From Terriglobia bacterium (lineage in GTDB: Bacteria; Acidobacteriota; Terriglobia; Terriglobales; Acidobacteriaceae): a stretch of DNA of 64,000 bases. Where the stretch lies: contig JAIQFD010000007.1 of assembly GCA_020073495.1 (NCBI GenBank), forward strand, positions 3,891-67,890, given 5' to 3'. Positions 61,396 to 64,000 of this stretch are shown here, in pieces. The notes below the pieces were generated by a model. That model did no database searches and had not been told where the DNA came from. It worked only from the letters and a program-made list of their open reading frames with translations. How positions within the stretch are numbered: position 1 is the first letter of the stretch; every line of letters starts with the position of its first letter. A program made the position numbers and the translations under genes.

Positions 61396-63105
61396 TTGAG
61401 TCGCTTTACGCTGTCGTTGCGTCGTTTCACAGCGTCGGACAGTGCGATCAATATCGGGTTCGGGATCGCGCTGGCCATCCTCGTCGCTATTGGTGTGGGC
61501 GCACTTCTGTCCACCGACCACCTCGTGCAGAGCCAGCAATGGGTCACTCATACCCAGGAAGTCGTCGCCAACCTGGAAAACCTGCTTTCTGAACTGAACG
61601 ACGCGGAAAGTGCCCGCCGCGGATTCATTCTGTTCGGGGGCGAGCGCGAGCTGGATCCCTACTATCTGGCGGTGCGGTCCATCCCTGAGAAGATCAAGGA
61701 GCTACAGGACCTTGCGGTGGACGATCCCCATCAGCAGCAGCGCTTGGCTTCTCTCGAACCCCTGGTCCGACGTCGGCTTGCGGTGCTGGCTGAATCCATC
61801 AACTTGAAACGGACGCGAAGGCCCAGCGCCAGCCGGCAGATCGAGCTCACCGACAAGGGCAGGCGGCTTACCAATCGGATCGCCGCCACCATCAAGAACA
61901 TGGAAGACGAGGAGAACAAACTCCTGGATGAGCGGAGAGATGCGGCGCGCGCCAAGCATCGGCGGACCAACAGCGTGCTGTTTGTGAGTAGCCTGGCGAG
62001 CATTTCTCTCCTGATCGCTGTCTTCCTCATGCTGAATGTGGAGATCAGCCGCCGACGCCAGGGAGAGGAGCTGATGAGCGGTTTCTTCTCAGCTTCCCCG
62101 GTCGGCTTGACCATCCTGGACTTGGACCTGCGATATCAGCGCATCAATCAAACCATGGCGTCCATCAGCAATGTGCCCGCGCAGGAGCATATCGGAAAGA
62201 CCGCTCAGGAGATCCTGCGGGAACTCACGCCGCAATTCGAAGCTCCTCTCATGGAGGTAATGGTCTCGCAGAAACCGGTGATGAACTGGGAGATCAGCGG
62301 CCCCAGGCCCGGCAGGCCGGAAGAGATCGGGTTCTGGGAGGCCGCCTTTTTCCCGGTGACGGACGGCAAGGGAAACATCCAGCAGCTTGGCGCGGTGGTC
62401 TTGGACGTGACCGAACGCACGCGAGCAGAGGAGTCTCTGCGCCGGCTCAGCGGTCGGCTGCTGAAATTGCAGGACGAGGAGAGACGGCGCATCGCCCGGG
62501 AGTTGCATGACAGCATCGGCCAGTCCATTGCCGCCATCAAGATGAATCTCGAGACCGTCGAAGGCCACACCGGCGCCACTGAGCCCAGCGTACGAAAGGT
62601 GCTGTCGCAAAGCCTGGCCCTTGCCGAGCAGTGCTCCAAGGATATGCGCACCATCTCGTATCTGCTGCATCCGCCACTGCTGGATGAGTTGGGCCTGGTC
62701 TCCGCCATCCGCTGGTTTGCCGACGGTTTTGCAGAGCGCAGCGGGATCCGCGTCGAACTGGATCTGCCCCCGGTTCTTGAGCGGCTGCCGCAGGATTCCG
62801 AGACCGCCCTGTTTCGCATCGTCCAGGAGAGCCTCACAAACATTCACCGGCACGCGGGCAGCCCGACGGCGACCGTGTCCCTCTACTCCGACGCAGAGTT
62901 TGTGACCCTGGAGGTCAAGGACGAGGGTCGCGGGATCCCGCCCGAGCTGCTTCATTCTTCTTTCAACGGGAAGAATTCGGTGTTCGGGGTCGGCATCAAT
63001 GGGATGAAAGAGCGGATCAGGCAGCTGGGCGGGCAGTTGGACATCACGTCGAACGATCATGGGACCACCGTGCAGGCGATTCTTCCATCTGGAGGACAGT
63101 CATGA
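61396..63105 (+). CDS. Sensor histidine kinase (CHASE3-like + PAS + HisKA_3 + HATPase_c)
   Basis: TTG start. TM, then WVTHTQEVVANLENLLSELNDAESARRGF (CHASE3-like), second TM, PAS-like region, H-box RIARELHDSIGQS, and an ATPase with LTNIHRHA and DEGRGIP. Confidence 0.9.
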   Translation: MSRFTLSLRRFTASDSAINIGFGIALAILVAIGVGALLSTDHLVQSQQWVTHTQEVVANLENLLSELNDAESARRGFILFGGERELDPYYLAVRSIPEKIKELQDLAVDDPHQQQRLASLEPLVRRRLAVLAESINLKRTRRPSASRQIELTDKGRRLTNRIAATIKNMEDEENKLLDERRDAARAKHRRTNSVLFVSSLASISLLIAVFLMLNVEISRRRQGEELMSGFFSASPVGLTILDLDLRYQRINQTMASISNVPAQEHIGKTAQEILRELTPQFEAPLMEVMVSQKPVMNWEISGPRPGRPEEIGFWEAAFFPVTDGKGNIQQLGAVVLDVTERTRAEESLRRLSGRLLKLQDEERRRIARELHDSIGQSIAAIKMNLETVEGHTGATEPSVRKVLSQSLALAEQCSKDMRTISYLLHPPLLDELGLVSAIRWFADGFAERSGIRVELDLPPVLERLPQDSETALFRIVQESLTNIHRHAGSPTATVSLYSDAEFVTLEVKDEGRGIPPELLHSSFNGKNSVFGVGINGMKERIRQLGGQLDITSNDHGTTVQAILPSGGQS

Positions 63106-63758
63106 GCGTATACCGCATTCTGGTCGCAGATGATCACGAGGTTGTACGAAGCGGAGTGCGCGCCCTGATCCAGGCTCAGGCGCAGCTGGAGATCTGCGGC
63201 GAAGCCCAGGATGGGCGGGACGCGGTCGAGAAGGCCAGGGAACTGCATCCGGACCTGGTCATCCTCGATTTCGGCATGCCCATCCTGAATGGCCTGGATG
63301 CTGCGCGCCAGATCCTGCGGGAGAGACCCCACACCGAGGTTCTTATACTCACCATGCACGAGTCGGACCAGGTCATTCGCGAGGTCTTGGATGCCGGCGC
63401 TCGCGGTTATGTCCTGAAATCAGATGCTGGCCGGGACCTGGTTGCCGCCGTAAAGGCACTCCAGCAGAAGAAGACTTTCTTCACCTCCAAGGTCTCTCAG
63501 ATGGTGCTGGACGGCTACCTCAAGGGGGGAGTGCGCCCAGCCGGAGGCAAGCCCGCCAATGACCGGCTGACACCCCGGGAGCGCGAGGTTGTGCAACTGC
63601 TGGCCGAGGGAAAAAGCACGAAAGAGGTTGCCGCCATCCTGGGGCTGAGCGTCAAGACTGCCGAGACGCATCGCAGCAACATCATGCGCAAACTCTCGCT
63701 GCACTCCGTCAGCGAGTTGGTTCGCTACGCCATCCGCAACAACATCATCGCCGCATGA
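63102..63758 (+). CDS. NarL/FixJ-family response regulator (REC + LuxR-type HTH)
   Basis: ILVADDHEVVR, LVILDFGMP, GYVLKSD. HTH LTPREREVVQLLAEGKSTKEVAAILGLSVKTAETHRSNIMRKL. ATGA overlap with the kinase. Confidence 0.95.
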   Translation: MSVYRILVADDHEVVRSGVRALIQAQAQLEICGEAQDGRDAVEKARELHPDLVILDFGMPILNGLDAARQILRERPHTEVLILTMHESDQVIREVLDAGARGYVLKSDAGRDLVAAVKALQQKKTFFTSKVSQMVLDGYLKGGVRPAGGKPANDRLTPREREVVQLLAEGKSTKEVAAILGLSVKTAETHRSNIMRKLSLHSVSELVRYAIRNNIIAA

Positions 63759-63953
63759 CAGGAGACGACTTTTTCCTCCTCGCGGGCCGATAGAGCCCGT
63801 CCAGAGGTTCCTCCAGCGACCTCCACATACAGCATCCCCCTCAGCCATCTAGGTGGTTCACTCGATAGCCTTGCTGGGCCGGTCAAAGGCAGACTTTCGC
63901 GTGTAGTTGCCCGACTCCGTGAGGAGGATCCGATTAGGGCGAAGGAGACCGTC

Positions 63954-64000
63954 ATGTACGAAGAAAAGTATGAAAAGCCCGCGGCGCCTGGTGCGTCGTC
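63954..64000 (+). CDS. 5' end of an unidentified CDS (cut by the window edge)
   Basis: ATG at 63954 lies 6 nt after GAAGGAG (MYEEKYEKPAAPGAS...). Only 15 codons are visible. Confidence 0.35.
   Translation, partial: MYEEKYEKPAAPGAS

Noticed and set aside
1-64000. CRISPR arrays, IS elements/transposases, integrases, prophage, toxin-antitoxin or known defence-system genes.
   Set aside because: No array of regularly spaced repeats was seen, and no ORF carries transposase, integrase, Cas, reverse transcriptase or nuclease-NTPase signatures. The only mobile-element hint is the duplicated tRNA 3'-end-like sequence at 51037/51155.

Overview
This is a 64 kb window of a visibly G+C-rich bacterial chromosome. 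PEP-CTERM cargo, an ECF sigma/anti-sigma/DUF3106-like triad, many secreted low-complexity proteins and characteristic intergenic repeats suggest Acidobacteriota, but that assignment is inference only. I support about 55 protein-coding genes, one tRNA-Val(CAC), several intrinsic terminators and a few short repeat families. I saw no rRNA, CRISPR array, transposase, integrase or phage genes. Functional blocks, in order:

- mutY-redoxin.
- Two tandem radical SAM enzymes with the architecture I recall for archaeal tetraether-lipid synthase (Tes/GDGT-MAS).
- rlpA and a HIT-family gene.
- tRNA-Val.
- A PEP-CTERM protein next to a minor-pilin operon (GspH/FimT-, PilV-, PilW-like genes plus an 845-aa PilX-like gene).
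- An ECF sigma module.
- Proline dehydrogenase and trxB.
- A GvpL/GvpF-like gene in an operon with a histidine kinase and a response regulator.
- A HAMP-SpoIIE phosphatase.
- A tryptophanase-like gene translationally coupled to an ABM monooxygenase.
- A Ser/Thr kinase.
- modA-modB-modC followed by mosA/mosB-like molybdenum storage genes. The modC ORF runs without a stop into a ~510-aa polytopic membrane domain.
- A lactonase-like gene and an outer membrane protein gene.
- A ~1.1 kb lower-GC non-coding stretch carrying duplicated tRNA 3'-end-like sequences.
- A MASE1-GGDEF gene.
- A trehalose cluster: membrane sensor-HAMP-OtsA, OtsB, an unknown gene and a TreT-like gene.
- A CHASE3 kinase/LuxR-type regulator pair.

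Most long ORFs antisense to these genes are high-GC artefacts. All family assignments come from motif recognition by eye, with no database search.
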